Below, piece after piece: positions 9,676-20,309 of a stretch of DNA of 64,000 nt. Numbering within the stretch: position 1 is the first letter of the stretch; every line of letters begins with the position of its first letter. The DNA comes from Bacteroidales bacterium (lineage in GTDB: Bacteria > Bacteroidota > Bacteroidia > Bacteroidales > UBA932). Both the position numbers and the translations under genes were made by a program. The stretch spans positions 3,770 through 67,769 of the forward strand of contig JAFPWX010000023.1 of the NCBI GenBank assembly GCA_017412645.1, in the 5' to 3' direction. The notes beneath the pieces are model-generated. The model searched no databases. It had not been told where the DNA came from and saw only the letters and a list, made by a program, of their open reading frames with translations.

Positions 9676-10287
9676 ATGCACAAGATTTACTTCGAGCGGC
9701 GCTGCATCATCATATGCAATCCGGACGATCAGGCACTTGCGGACCCGAACGCCATGGAGTTCCATGTGGGAGAAAAAATCGATATCCGCACTCTGGTGCT
9801 GATGTTCGAGGGTTCACAGGGTCTTTCCCGCATATACATACCCTGTGAAAACACCGACAAGATGTACCGCAGGCTCTGCGCGGAGTTTCGCGAAGTGAAC
9901 GCTGCCGGGGGTCTTGTGAGCAATCGCCGGGGAGATTTCCTATTGATTCGTCGTGGAGAACTCTGGGATCTTCCAAAAGGCCATCAGGAGGCCGGGGAAG
10001 ACATTAAGGTAACTGCCATCCGCGAAGTTCAGGAAGAGACCGGAGTGGACAAGCTCGAACTCAGGGACCTTATTTGCATAACCGATCACTGTTACCTGCG
10101 CGACGGAGTGTGGCACCTCAAGCACACCTGGTGGTACGACATGCTCTACACCGATCCGGTGAACCTCACCCCGCAGCGCGAGGAGGATATTACCAAGGCC
10201 GTATGGGTTGCAAAATCGAGCCTGCCGCCCTATCTGACCGAGACCTTCCCCAGCATCCAGGAAGTTTTCCGCGAAGCGAGGGTGTAA
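9676..10287 (+). CDS. NUDIX hydrolase
   Basis: Nudix box WDLPKGHQEAGEDIKVTAIREVQEETG. Confidence 0.9.
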   Translation: MHKIYFERRCIIICNPDDQALADPNAMEFHVGEKIDIRTLVLMFEGSQGLSRIYIPCENTDKMYRRLCAEFREVNAAGGLVSNRRGDFLLIRRGELWDLPKGHQEAGEDIKVTAIREVQEETGVDKLELRDLICITDHCYLRDGVWHLKHTWWYDMLYTDPVNLTPQREEDITKAVWVAKSSLPPYLTETFPSIQEVFREARV

Positions 10288-10294
10288 ATCCCAG

Positions 10295-11455
10295 TTACAG
10301 CATATTCATATTTACCGTGCAGCGGCCGAGAAGGTCGGTGCAAATGAGGCCGTCGCTCTCAAGGGTAAGGACGACAGGAGAGACCTCAGCATAAGGCAAT
10401 TCCAACACGGTGCAGAGTTCGTCCACGGTGATGCCCCTCTGTCGGTGGATAAACTCCGCCGTTTTGAGCATCAGGGCTTTCTGACTTTCCGGAAGATCTT
10501 TATAATAGTCCCGAATTTTGTCGAGGAAGCCTTTTCGGGCACGCAGATTATAGCGACCCAAGCCCAGCTGCAGCCCCACTTCCGCCAGGTTTACTATGGG
10601 CTCCGCCTTCTTTTCGCGGATGAGAATATTGCAGCCCTCTGAACGCAGGTCGTCGATACGGCCCGGAAGGGCGAACACCTCTCTTCCGTAACCCACCGCC
10701 AGTTCGGCAGTTATGAGCCCGCCTCCGTGCTTCTTGCTTTCTATAAGTATGGTTGCCCTGCTGAGCGCGGCAATGATACGATTTCTTCGGAGAAAAGTGA
10801 AGGCCACCGGGCCCGTCCCGGGCGGATAGTCGGTAACGAGAGCGCTGCCTTCAGATGCCGCTATCTTGCCGGCTGCCACAGCATGGGCATTGGGATAGAC
10901 GGTTTCTATCCCGTTAGGAAGCACGGCGATTGTTGACAGTCCATGGCCGAGAGCGGCCAGATGTGCGGTGATATCTATACCGTAAGCCAGCCCACTCACA
11001 ATTACCGGCTTCTCCGGAGCCTGACTGAGCGCGCTCACGACACGCGTGCACCATTCCTTCCCATAGGGGCTCATGTCTCGCGTGCCGACTATGGCAATAG
11101 CGGGGCGTGCGCGAAAAATCTCCTCCGGCGCCGAACAGCTCCGGTAATATAGCCCCGCCGGGGGATCGCCGCATTCCCTGAGTGCCTCCGGAAAGGCCGG
11201 GTCACAGAGTGGAAGATAGCGGCAGCCCTGCCGCTCAAGGCCGGCAAGTTCCTCCGCCGTCTGCTCCAGAAGGGCGTCAGTGAGAGTTCCCGAGTACTTG
11301 CTGTAAGGCCCGAGCAGACCATCCCTATCCTTGGGAGAAAGGGCAAACACAGCTGCAGCCGAGCCGGTGTTTTCCACTAGTGAGAGGGCCACCCGGGGCT
11401 CATACCCGAACACCTTTCCAAGCGCACACGCGCACACCGTTTCGTTGTTTTCCAT
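10295..11455 (-). CDS. dprA: DNA processing protein DprA
   Basis: IAIVGTR, IVSGLAYGIDITAH, FLRRNRIIAALS, GGLITA, ALPGRIDD motifs plus a C-terminal winged helix. Confidence 0.92.
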   Translation of the reverse strand: MENNETVCACALGKVFGYEPRVALSLVENTGSAAAVFALSPKDRDGLLGPYSKYSGTLTDALLEQTAEELAGLERQGCRYLPLCDPAFPEALRECGDPPAGLYYRSCSAPEEIFRARPAIAIVGTRDMSPYGKEWCTRVVSALSQAPEKPVIVSGLAYGIDITAHLAALGHGLSTIAVLPNGIETVYPNAHAVAAGKIAASEGSALVTDYPPGTGPVAFTFLRRNRIIAALSRATILIESKKHGGGLITAELAVGYGREVFALPGRIDDLRSEGCNILIREKKAEPIVNLAEVGLQLGLGRYNLRARKGFLDKIRDYYKDLPESQKALMLKTAEFIHRQRGITVDELCTVLELPYAEVSPVVLTLESDGLICTDLLGRCTVNMNML

Positions 11456-11480
11456 ACCCAAAGATAAGGGCAGGAAAAGC

Positions 11481-11520
11481 AAAAATCTGCCGGAGTAAAT
11501 CGGAACTCCGGCAGATTTTT
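11481..11520 (-). terminator. Perfect 16-bp inverted repeat, probable intrinsic terminator after queA
   Basis: AAAAATCTGCCGGAGT-8 nt loop-ACTCCGGCAGATTTTT. Confidence 0.8.
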
Positions 11521-11588
11521 ATGTTTTGAAAAAGTCGAAAAAAAAGATGAAACGTTTACAATCGTTTATAAACGTTTTACACCCTTTT

Positions 11589-12638
11589 TTACAGGATTAG
11601 AAGCGCGTCTCCGTATGGCCCGAAACGATAGCCTTCCTGGAGGGCGACCTCATAGGCGTTCATCACGTTCTTGTAGCCACCGAATGCCGCCTCGCACATG
11701 AGCATGGTGCTTTCGGGCAGATGGAAATTGCTCACGAATGCATCCGCAATGCTGAACTGATAGGGCGGGAAGATGAACTTGTTGGTCCACATGTCGCTGG
11801 GCTTCACCTCATGATTGGTGGTGGTGTAGGTTTCCAGTGCGCGAAGCACCGTGACACCAACCGCCAGCACCTTATGTCCGCTGTGCTTGGCCTCGTTGAT
11901 ACGCTCCGCGGATTCCGGGCTGATGATCATGCGCTCGCCGTCCATGCGATGCTTGGAAAGGTCTTCCACATCCACCTGACGGAAGTGGCCTATACCCATG
12001 TGAACGGTGATGAAAGTCTTGTCTATATCCTTGAGGATCATGCGGTTGAAGAGCTCGCGAGAGAAATGCATACCGGCTGCCGGGGCACTCACGGCACCCT
12101 CCTTCTCGGCGAAAATGGTCTGGAAATTCTCCACATCTTCCGGATCCGGTTCTTCCTTGACCCATTCGGGAATAGGAGTTTTGCCAAGGGCGAAAAGAGC
12201 CTGCTTGAACTCCTCGTACGGACCATCGTAAAGGAAACGCAGGGTGCGGCCGCGGGAGGTGGTATTGTCGATGACCTCGGCTACCATGCTCTCGTCTTCT
12301 CCGAAATAGAGCTTATTGCCTATGCGGATCTTGCGGGCGGGCTCCACTATCACGTCCCAGAGTTTCTGCTCGCGGCTGAGTTCGCGGAGAAGGAAGACCA
12401 TGATTTCCGCTCCGGTCTTTTCCTTTTTGCCATAAAGCTTTGCCGGGAAGACCTTGGTGTCGTTCAGGACGAAGAGGTCCCTCTTGCCGAAATAGTCGAT
12501 GATATCCTTGAACTGACGGTGTTCGATTTCACCGGTATTCTTGTGAAGAACCATCAGGCGGCACTCGTCGCGCCAGCGTGTGGGCTCCTTTGCGATGCGA
12601 TCCTGCGGGAGCTCGAAATTGAATTGAGAGAGTTTCAT
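11589..12638 (-). CDS. queA: S-adenosylmethionine:tRNA ribosyltransferase-isomerase
   Basis: LNDTKVFPAKL, FQTIFAEKEGAVSAPAAGMHF, NFHLPESTMLM, YRFGPYGDALLI. Confidence 0.95.
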   Translation of the reverse strand: MKLSQFNFELPQDRIAKEPTRWRDECRLMVLHKNTGEIEHRQFKDIIDYFGKRDLFVLNDTKVFPAKLYGKKEKTGAEIMVFLLRELSREQKLWDVIVEPARKIRIGNKLYFGEDESMVAEVIDNTTSRGRTLRFLYDGPYEEFKQALFALGKTPIPEWVKEEPDPEDVENFQTIFAEKEGAVSAPAAGMHFSRELFNRMILKDIDKTFITVHMGIGHFRQVDVEDLSKHRMDGERMIISPESAERINEAKHSGHKVLAVGVTVLRALETYTTTNHEVKPSDMWTNKFIFPPYQFSIADAFVSNFHLPESTMLMCEAAFGGYKNVMNAYEVALQEGYRFGPYGDALLIL

Positions 12639-12731
12639 TTAGTGAAAAGGGTATAACAAATAATTATACGGACAAATAGCCCGAAAAGTTTCAGGTCCAT
12701 CCTAAAGGAATAATCGTTATCTTTGTGTGTT

Positions 12732-13496
12732 ATGTTCATCGACACCCATACCCATGTGACCGACGAGGCCTTCCACGGCGAAGAAGACGCCGTTGTACAG
12801 AGGGCCGTCGCCGCCGGCGTGGGCAAGATGCTTCTGGCCGACGTGGGCAGCGAAGAGCGGGGTCCGATGTTCGCCGCATGCGAGCGGCATCCCGGCGTGC
12901 TCTACCCCATGCTCGGCCTGCATCCCGAGAACGTAAAGGAGAACTGGCAGAACGAACTGGCCCTGCTGGAAGACTGGCTCCCCCGGAACCCCGTGGCCAT
13001 AGGCGAAATCGGCCTGGACTACCACTGGGACGTCTCTTTCAAGGAGCAGCAGAAGGAGGCCCTGCGAGCTCAGTTCGAACTGGCAGCACGGGAGAATCTG
13101 CCAGTAAACATACATCTCCGCGACGCCACCGAAGACTTTCTTGCAGTGGTTAAAGACTGTGCGCATCTTCACCTTCGCGGCAACATGCACGCCTTCTCCG
13201 GCAGCCTCGAAACCTGGAAGGAACTCTGCCGCTGGGGCGACTGGAGCGTGGGAATAGGAGGCGTGCTCACGTTTAAAAACGCACATCTGCCCGAAGTGGT
13301 GTCTGAGATCCCGCTCAACCGCATTCTGCTCGAAACCGACGCTCCATACATGGCTCCCGTGCCGCTCAGGGGCAGCCGCAACGAACCGGCAAACATCCCG
13401 ATTATCGCCGCAAAAGTGGCTGAAATCAAGGGAATCAGCATAGAAGAAGTGGAAAATGCGACCACCGCAAACGCCAAGGAACTGTTCAGCATATGA
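12732..13496 (+). CDS. TatD-family hydrolase
   Basis: IDTHTH, GLHP, AIGEIGLDY, LLETDAPY. Confidence 0.92.
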   Translation: MFIDTHTHVTDEAFHGEEDAVVQRAVAAGVGKMLLADVGSEERGPMFAACERHPGVLYPMLGLHPENVKENWQNELALLEDWLPRNPVAIGEIGLDYHWDVSFKEQQKEALRAQFELAARENLPVNIHLRDATEDFLAVVKDCAHLHLRGNMHAFSGSLETWKELCRWGDWSVGIGGVLTFKNAHLPEVVSEIPLNRILLETDAPYMAPVPLRGSRNEPANIPIIAAKVAEIKGISIEEVENATTANAKELFSI

Positions 13497-14539
13497 GTAA
13501 TCCGTCAAATAAATCAAGTGTCCTCCTCATCTACACCGGAGGTACCATCGGAATGAAGGAAGACCCGAAAACCAAGGCCCTCTCCCCCTTTGATTTCAGC
13601 CAGATACTGCAGGAAGTCCCAGAGCTCGGGAAGTTCTCTTCGAGAGTGGATTCCTACACCTTCGATCCGCTCATCGACTCTTCCGACGTGGAGCCGTCGC
13701 TATGGATACGGCTTACGGAGCTCATACGCGACCGTTACGACGATTACGCCGGCTTCATCGTGCTTCACGGCACCGACACCATGGCCTATAGCGCCTCGGC
13801 CCTGAGCTTCATGCTGGACCATCTACGCAAACCGGTTATCTTCACCGGAAGCCAGCTCCCCATAGGGTCGCTGCGCACCGACGGCAAGGAGAACCTCATT
13901 TCGGCCGTGGAGATAGCTACGGCCCACGACAGCAAGGGCGCCGCCATCGTCCCGGAGGTCTGTATCTACTTCAATTCGCAACTCATCAGGGGCAACCGGG
14001 CCTGCAAGGTGAATTCTACCAGTTTCGACGCCTTCCGCTCTCCCAACTGGCCCACTCTGGCCGATGCCGGCATCAGCATACGTTTCCACGAGCACGCCAT
14101 CCACTACTCCGCCGTGCCCGACCGCAAGTTTCAGATTCACACCACGCTGGACACACGTGTAGCGATACTCAAGATCCACCCGGGAATCACCGAACAGGTA
14201 GCCCGCAACGTGCTTCTGGGCGATGGAATCAGGGCCGTCATACTGGAAACCTACGGCTCCGGCAACGCAATCAGCAAGCCCTGGTTCACGGATATCCTCC
14301 GGGAGGCGGCGGCATCAGGGAAGATCCTGCTCAACATTACCCAGTGCCTCGCAGGGGAGGTGAACATGAACCTTTATTCCACAGGTAAGGCGCTTGCCGA
14401 AGCGGGCGTCGTGGGAGGCGGAGACATGACCACCGAAGGTGCCCTCGCCAAGCTTTTTGTGCTTATGGGCGAATATACTGACAATGAAAAGGTTAAGGAA
14501 CTCCTGGGGCAGGACCTCAAGGGCGAAATCACAAAATAA
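13493..14539 (+). CDS. ansA: Type I L-asparaginase
   Basis: IYTGGTIGM, HGTDTMAY, FTGSQLP motifs. Confidence 0.92.
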   Translation: MSNPSNKSSVLLIYTGGTIGMKEDPKTKALSPFDFSQILQEVPELGKFSSRVDSYTFDPLIDSSDVEPSLWIRLTELIRDRYDDYAGFIVLHGTDTMAYSASALSFMLDHLRKPVIFTGSQLPIGSLRTDGKENLISAVEIATAHDSKGAAIVPEVCIYFNSQLIRGNRACKVNSTSFDAFRSPNWPTLADAGISIRFHEHAIHYSAVPDRKFQIHTTLDTRVAILKIHPGITEQVARNVLLGDGIRAVILETYGSGNAISKPWFTDILREAAASGKILLNITQCLAGEVNMNLYSTGKALAEAGVVGGGDMTTEGALAKLFVLMGEYTDNEKVKELLGQDLKGEITK

Positions 14540-14638
14540 CGCTTGCCTTTCGGATTTTTTTTCCTAAATTGCAACGATTTCAAGCAAACTGAAACAAAAC
14601 TAAAGATAAATTAATTTAAAAACACCAAAAATTCAGTT

Positions 14639-15439
14639 ATGAAAAAGTTTTTCATGATTCTGGCGGCCCTGGCTCTTATGGCCTTCACTGCCAACATCGC
14701 GTCCGCACAGGACTCCGCAGCCCCCGCTGACGAAGCTACCGAGCAGGTTGCAGAAGCTACCGAGGCTGAAGTCGCTCCGCTTGCAGAGGAAGCTCCCGAA
14801 GAAATTCCTCTCACCCAAGCCATCAAGACCAAGTTCATCGAAGGCGGCGCTGGCTTCATGTCCCTCATCATCCTCTGCCTCATCATCGGCCTTGCGTTCG
14901 CAATTGAGAGGATTCTCTATCTCTCCTTCTCCAAGACGAATACCGACGCCCTTCTGAAGAAGGTTGAGGAAGCTCTTGCCGAAGGTGGCATCGAGAAAGC
15001 AAAGGACATCTGCCGTGAAACCCGCGGCCCCGTGGCAAGCATTTTCTATCAGGGTCTGCTCCACTACGACCAGGGTATCGACGTTGTCGAAAAGAACATC
15101 GTGTCCTACGGTTCTGTTCAGGCCAGCCTCATGGAAAACGGTCTCAGCTGGATCGCCCTCTTCATCGCCATCGCCCCGTCTCTCGGATTCCTCGGAACCG
15201 TTATCGGTATGGTACAGGCCTTCGATGATATTCAGAAGGCAGGTGACATCTCTCCGAACGTTGTGGCTGGCGGTATGAAGGTCGCTCTTATCACCACCGT
15301 CGCCGGTCTTATCGTGGCTATGATTCTCCAGGTGTTCTACAACTACATCCTCTCCAGAATCGAAGCCCTCACCATCGACATGGAAAACAGCACCATCAAC
15401 ATGGTGGACGTCCTCTCCAAGTACGAAGAAAAGAAGTAA
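14639..15439 (+). CDS. MotA/TolQ/ExbB proton-channel protein
   Basis: APSLGFLGTVIGM...ALITTVAGL; acidic Ala/Glu-rich N-terminal extension. Confidence 0.9.
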   Translation: MKKFFMILAALALMAFTANIASAQDSAAPADEATEQVAEATEAEVAPLAEEAPEEIPLTQAIKTKFIEGGAGFMSLIILCLIIGLAFAIERILYLSFSKTNTDALLKKVEEALAEGGIEKAKDICRETRGPVASIFYQGLLHYDQGIDVVEKNIVSYGSVQASLMENGLSWIALFIAIAPSLGFLGTVIGMVQAFDDIQKAGDISPNVVAGGMKVALITTVAGLIVAMILQVFYNYILSRIEALTIDMENSTINMVDVLSKYEEKK

Positions 15440-15446
15440 TGTAATT

Positions 15447-15887
15447 ATGAAGAATTACAACAAATTATTCACCTGGCTGATGATTGTGCTGGCCGTGATA
15501 GGCTTCGCGCTGGTCGTCTGGGGCTTCGTAGGAGGCTGGGAGACGAAGAACGCGTTGGCTTCGGACGCCATCCTCACCTTCGCCTACATCATGGTCGGAA
15601 TCGCAGTCCTGGCCATCATCACCGGCGTTGTGATCGGAGGCATGAACGACCCGAAGAGCCTTGTCAAGCTCGGCATCACCCTCGTGGCAATCGCAGTCGT
15701 GTGCTTCGTGGTGTATCTCATTGCACCCGGCACCGAGGCGAAGGGCCTGCTCGTGGAGCAGCCCGGCCCCGGCACGCTCAAACTTACCGACACAGTACTC
15801 TATCTCGCATACCTTCTCGCCATTGCGGCCGCGGTTGCCATCGTGGTCGGCGAGGTGCGTGTTGCCATAACCAACAAAAAGGGCTGA
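15447..15887 (+). CDS. Membrane protein with four hydrophobic segments in the ExbB-ExbD operon
   Basis: Hydrophobic helices; sits between exbB and exbD as in other Bacteroidales. Confidence 0.75.
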   Translation: MKNYNKLFTWLMIVLAVIGFALVVWGFVGGWETKNALASDAILTFAYIMVGIAVLAIITGVVIGGMNDPKSLVKLGITLVAIAVVCFVVYLIAPGTEAKGLLVEQPGPGTLKLTDTVLYLAYLLAIAAAVAIVVGEVRVAITNKKG

Positions 15888-15893
15888 TAATCC

Positions 15894-16472
15894 ATGGCAA
15901 AGAAATTACCCGGACTCAACACGTCGTCCACCGCAGACATAGCGTTCCTGCTTCTGTGCTACTTCCTCATGACTACAACCATGGGGTCGCAGACAGGTCT
16001 TAGCCGTCGTCTTCCTCCCATGCCAGACGAAAAGCAGAAAACGCAGGACCAGAAGGTCAATCGTCGCAACATTATCATTGTGAAGATCAACTCGCAGGAC
16101 CGTTTGATGGCCGGAACTGAGCCCATGGATGTTAGTCAGCTTAAAGACAAGATCAAGATATTCTTGACCAATCCCACCAACGATCCCACCCTTCCCGAAA
16201 AGGAACTTCTGGACATTGAAGGCCTTGGCAAGCGCGAAGTCTCCAAGGGAGTTATCTCCCTTCAGAACGACCGTGGTACCAGCTATCAGGCCTACATCGC
16301 AGTCCAGAACGAACTTGTGAAGGCGGTGAACGAGCTTCGTGACGAGGCATCAATGGTGGAATTCGGTAAAAAGTTTCTGCAGCTCGACGAAGACCAGCAG
16401 GGTATGATCAAGAAACTCATACCTTCCTACATTTCCGAGGCGGAGCCCAAGGATATCGGCAAAAAGAAATAG
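15894..16472 (+). CDS. ExbD/TolR biopolymer transport protein
   Basis: SSTADIAFLLLCYFLMTTTM. Confidence 0.88.
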   Translation: MAKKLPGLNTSSTADIAFLLLCYFLMTTTMGSQTGLSRRLPPMPDEKQKTQDQKVNRRNIIIVKINSQDRLMAGTEPMDVSQLKDKIKIFLTNPTNDPTLPEKELLDIEGLGKREVSKGVISLQNDRGTSYQAYIAVQNELVKAVNELRDEASMVEFGKKFLQLDEDQQGMIKKLIPSYISEAEPKDIGKKK

Positions 16473-16483
16473 GAGGAATTATT

Positions 16484-16942
16484 ATGTCAATGTTCAAAAA
16501 AGACGGCAAGAAGGAAGTCCCCGGCGTAGGGGTCAGTTCCGACATAGTGTTCATGCTCCTGTTCTTCTTCATGGTCACCACGCAGATGCGCGACACCGAA
16601 GACAAGGTGATGGTCAAGATCCCCTCCGCCTCCGAAGCTGTGAAGCTCGAGCGCAAAGATCTCTCCTCCTACATCAACGTAGGTACTCCCATCCGCAGTC
16701 TTCAGGCCCAGTATGGTACGGAAACCCGTATCCAGCTCAACGACTCCTTCAAAACCACCAAGGACATCCGTGACTTTGTGGCTGCAGAACGTGAGAGCAT
16801 GAGCGAGAGCGACCGTGCCTTCATGACCGTGTGCATCAAAGCTGACGAGAACACCCGTATGGGTATCGTTACCGACATCAAACAGGAGCTGCGCCGTTGC
16901 TCAGCCCTCAAGATAATGTATTCAGCTAGAAAGGCCGAGTAA
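16484..16942 (+). CDS. ExbD/TolR biopolymer transport protein
   Basis: SDIVFMLLFFFMVTT; IKADENTRMGIVTDIK. Confidence 0.88.
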   Translation: MSMFKKDGKKEVPGVGVSSDIVFMLLFFFMVTTQMRDTEDKVMVKIPSASEAVKLERKDLSSYINVGTPIRSLQAQYGTETRIQLNDSFKTTKDIRDFVAAERESMSESDRAFMTVCIKADENTRMGIVTDIKQELRRCSALKIMYSARKAE

Positions 16943-16962
16943 CACCCCGGCCTCACCGATAG

Positions 16963-16991
16963 AGCAGCCCCCTTCATGAGGGCTGCTTTTT
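16963..16991 (+). terminator. Intrinsic terminator of the ExbBD operon
   Basis: AGCAGCCC...GGGCTGCT followed by a T run. Confidence 0.7.
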
Positions 16992-17005
16992 AAAATGAAA
17001 GAAAG

Positions 17006-18403
17006 ATGGCAGTTCGAAAGAAAGTAAAGGACCTGCTTAGCTCGGCACCAGGAGAAGAAGTGCTGGCAAAAGGCTGGGTCCGCACCAAAAGAGGAAACAA
17101 GGAAATAGCGTTTATCGCCCTGAACGACGGTTCCACCATCAATAGCATTCAGATCGTGGTGGACAAGGCTTCGGTCGATGCGGACCTGCTGGCCCGCATA
17201 ACTACCGGCGCCTGCATTGCGGTCGAGGGATCTCTGGTTGAGTCGCCCGGCAGCGGCCAGGCAGTGGAAATCCACGCCAGCAAGATCGAAGTCTATGGCG
17301 ACTGCGACCCGGTACGCTATCCCCTCCAGAAAAAGGATACAAGTTTCGAGTATCTGCGCACCGTGGCGCATCTGCGTCCGCGCACCAATACCTTCGGAGC
17401 AGTGCTCAGGCTCCGCAGCCAGATGGCCTTCGCCATCCACGAGTATTTCCACAGCAAGGGATTCGTCTACCTGCACACTCCCCTCATCACCGCGGCCGAC
17501 GCCGAAGGTGCGGGGAACATGTTCCAGGTGACCACCCTGCCGCTGGAAAACCTCCCGCGCGACAAGAAGGGCGGCATCGACTACAGCCGCGACTTCTTCG
17601 GCAAGAGGACCTCTCTCACCGTGAGCGGTCAGCTCGAAGGCGAACTCGGGGCCACCGCCCTGGGCGAAATCTACACCTTCGGCCCCACCTTCAGAGCGGA
17701 GAACTCCAACACCCCGAGGCACCTGGCCGAGTTCTGGATGATAGAGCCGGAGATGGCCTTCTATGACATCACCGACAACATGGATCTGGCGGAAGATTTC
17801 ATCAAGAGCCTGGTCCGCTACGCCCTCGAGAACTGCTACGACGACGTTAAGTTCCTTAACGACCGTTACGATCCGGAGCTCATCGACCGCCTTCGCGGCG
17901 TTATCGACACCGCTTTCGTACGCCTCACCTATACGGAGGGCATCCAGATCCTGGAAGAGGCGGTGGCCGCAGGTCATAAGTTCGAGGAACCCGTGAAGTG
18001 GGGAATGGACCTTCAGAGCGAGCACGAGCGCTTCCTCGTGGAGCAGCACTTCGGCAAACCCGTCATCCTCACCGGCTATCCCAAGGACATCAAGGCCTTC
18101 TACATGAAGCAGAACGAAGACGGCAAGACCGTGCGCGCCATGGACGTCCTCTTCCCGAAGATTGGCGAAATCATCGGCGGCAGCGAGCGCGAAGCCTCCT
18201 ACGAAAAACTGGAGAACCGCATCAACGAGCTCGGCATGAGCCACCGCACCCTGGAGTGGTACCTCGACACCCGTCGTTTCGGCAGCTGCCCGCACAGCGG
18301 CTTCGGCCTCGGCTTCGAGAGGTTGCTGCTCTTCGTGACCGGCATGCAGAACATCCGCGACGTCATCCCCTTCCCAAGAACCCCCAAAAACGCTGAATTC
18401 TAA
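17006..18403 (+). CDS. asnS: Asparagine--tRNA ligase
   Basis: [50 protein letters not shown]. Confidence 0.96.
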   Translation: MAVRKKVKDLLSSAPGEEVLAKGWVRTKRGNKEIAFIALNDGSTINSIQIVVDKASVDADLLARITTGACIAVEGSLVESPGSGQAVEIHASKIEVYGDCDPVRYPLQKKDTSFEYLRTVAHLRPRTNTFGAVLRLRSQMAFAIHEYFHSKGFVYLHTPLITAADAEGAGNMFQVTTLPLENLPRDKKGGIDYSRDFFGKRTSLTVSGQLEGELGATALGEIYTFGPTFRAENSNTPRHLAEFWMIEPEMAFYDITDNMDLAEDFIKSLVRYALENCYDDVKFLNDRYDPELIDRLRGVIDTAFVRLTYTEGIQILEEAVAAGHKFEEPVKWGMDLQSEHERFLVEQHFGKPVILTGYPKDIKAFYMKQNEDGKTVRAMDVLFPKIGEIIGGSEREASYEKLENRINELGMSHRTLEWYLDTRRFGSCPHSGFGLGFERLLLFVTGMQNIRDVIPFPRTPKNAEF

Positions 18404-18404
18404 T

Positions 18405-19037
18405 ATGTTAGTCATCGGAATCGCCGGAGGCTCCGGCTCAGGAAAAACCACTGTCGTAAAGGCCATCACCGACCGCCTTAAGGAAAAGGTTGTCGTCATC
18501 CCCCAGGACGCCTACTACAAAGACTCGAGCGACCTCACCGACGAGGAAAAGCGCAACCAGAACTTCGACCATCCGAACGCCATCGACTGGCCGCTGCTAT
18601 GCAAACAGCTCGCCCAGCTCAAGGCCGGCAAAACCGTACAGCAGCCGGTGTATTCCTACATCTCCTGCAGCCGCAGCAAAACGGAAACGGTGACCGTGGA
18701 ACCCGCCGACGTAATCATCATCGAGGGCATCCTCATCTTCAACTGCAAGGAGCTCCGCGACCAGATGGACATCAAGATCTTCGTGGATGCGGACGACGAC
18801 GACCGCCTGATGCGCGTCATGGCCCGCGACATCCGCGAGCGTGGCAAGAACGTGGAATGGGTCATCGAGCGCTACTCCAAGACCGTGAAGCCCATGTACC
18901 TGCAGTTCATCGAGCCCAGCAAGCGCTTCGCCGACATAATCATCCCGCAGGGCGGCCACAACAAGGTTGGCATCAGCGTTATCCTTAACACCGTCGAGAA
19001 GGCGCTTCGCGAGAGCAAAAAAGGCGACGCGCGATGA
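18405..19037 (+). CDS. udk: Uridine kinase
   Basis: GIAGGSGSGKTT, QDAYY, NFDHP, IEPSKRFADIIIP. Confidence 0.95.
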   Translation: MLVIGIAGGSGSGKTTVVKAITDRLKEKVVVIPQDAYYKDSSDLTDEEKRNQNFDHPNAIDWPLLCKQLAQLKAGKTVQQPVYSYISCSRSKTETVTVEPADVIIIEGILIFNCKELRDQMDIKIFVDADDDDRLMRVMARDIRERGKNVEWVIERYSKTVKPMYLQFIEPSKRFADIIIPQGGHNKVGISVILNTVEKALRESKKGDAR

Positions 19038-19747
19038 AACGCCTTCCCAGGGAAGACAGAGCAGGACTATACATCACCGTAATAGTACATCTGGCGGTGC
19101 TGATAGTCCTGCTTGCCGTTAACCTGGGAGTCAAGATTTCCAAAGAAAATTCGTTCGTTCTCGACTTCAGCAAGGCAGAGCAGCTGGAACGCCTGCAGCA
19201 GCGTCTGGAGTTCGAGAAGAGCGTGAACGAGCGTCTCAACGAGATGCTCGCCGGCGGCAACGAATACGTGCACAACGTGGTGGTGGACCGTTCCGAGCTC
19301 AAGGACGACCGCAACTCCGCCGAAGACACACGCAAGCTTTATGAAGATGCCGAGAGGCTTCAGGCCGAGCTCGACCGCGGTTTCGAAGCTCCCAAGAGCG
19401 AAGAGGACTTCGCCAGCGTTTCGACTCCGAAGCCCAGGTCTTCTGACGAGAAAGCCAAACCATTCAGCGGACCGTCGGTGCTTTCGTACGAACTCGAGGG
19501 CCGCAAGGCTTCCCATCTGCCCATTCCGGCCTACCGCTGCATAGGAGCCGGAGAGGTCCGGGTAGACATAGGCGTGGACCCGCAGGGCAACGTGATACTG
19601 GCAAAGGTGGACGACGGCGCTTCTTCGGCCGACGGCTGCCTTCGGAGTTTTGCCGTACGGGCCGCAAGAATGTCCAAGTTTTCGTCGGCCCCTTCCGCGC
19701 CCGCGCGCCAGAGCGGATACATTATTTATAAGTTTATAGCACAATGA
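19034..19747 (+). CDS. TonB C-terminal-like membrane-anchored protein
   Basis: N-terminal TM; C-terminal [15 protein letters not shown]...GYIIYKF. Confidence 0.7.
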   Translation: MKRLPREDRAGLYITVIVHLAVLIVLLAVNLGVKISKENSFVLDFSKAEQLERLQQRLEFEKSVNERLNEMLAGGNEYVHNVVVDRSELKDDRNSAEDTRKLYEDAERLQAELDRGFEAPKSEEDFASVSTPKPRSSDEKAKPFSGPSVLSYELEGRKASHLPIPAYRCIGAGEVRVDIGVDPQGNVILAKVDDGASSADGCLRSFAVRAARMSKFSSAPSAPARQSGYIIYKFIAQ

Positions 19748-20178
19748 AAGTCAAGATTGTAAATCACAGCAAGTTCTCCCTTCCGGCCTATGCTACCATA
19801 GCTTCCGCCGGCATGGACCTTCACGCCAATATAGACGAACCCCTTGTTCTGGGCAGCCTGGAACGTTCCCTCGTTCCCACCGGGATTTTCATTGAGCTTC
19901 CCGTGGGCTATGAGGCGCAGATACGCCCCCGCAGCGGCCTCGCCACCAAGCACGGGATTACCGTAGCCAACGCCCCCGGCACCGTGGATGCTGATTACCG
20001 CGGAGAAGTGAAGGTGTCGCTGGTGAACATCTCGAAGGAGCCGTTTACTATCGAGCCCGGCGAGCGTATCGCCCAGATGGTTGTAGCACGCCACGAGAGA
20101 GTCGAGTGGGAAGAGGTGGCCGAACTCTCCAAAACCGATCGCGGTGCCGGCGGCTGGGGGTCGACGGGGAAGAAGTAG
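19744..20178 (+). CDS. dut: dUTP diphosphatase
   Basis: [32 protein letters not shown]. Confidence 0.96.
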   Translation: MKVKIVNHSKFSLPAYATIASAGMDLHANIDEPLVLGSLERSLVPTGIFIELPVGYEAQIRPRSGLATKHGITVANAPGTVDADYRGEVKVSLVNISKEPFTIEPGERIAQMVVARHERVEWEEVAELSKTDRGAGGWGSTGKK

Positions 20179-20196
20179 CGTTTTAAGAAAAGTTTG

Positions 20197-20204
20197 TATA
20201 TTTG
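20197..20204 (+). promoter_or_regulatory. -7 box of the tRNA-Ser promoter
   Basis: TATATTTG 16 nt upstream of the tRNA. Confidence 0.65.
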
Positions 20205-20220
20205 CATCCCCTATCGGGAA

Positions 20221-20309
20221 GGAGAGATGGCTGAGTGGTCGAAAGCGGCGGTCTCGAAAACCGTTAACCCTCTATCGAGGGTTCTGGGGTTCGAATCCCC
20301 ATCTCTCCG
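20221..20309 (+). tRNA. tRNA-Ser(CGA)
   Basis: GGAGAGA/TCTCTCC acceptor stem; anticodon arm GCGGT-CT-CGA-AA-ACCGT; long variable arm; GGTTCGAATCC T loop; CCA not encoded. Confidence 0.96.
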
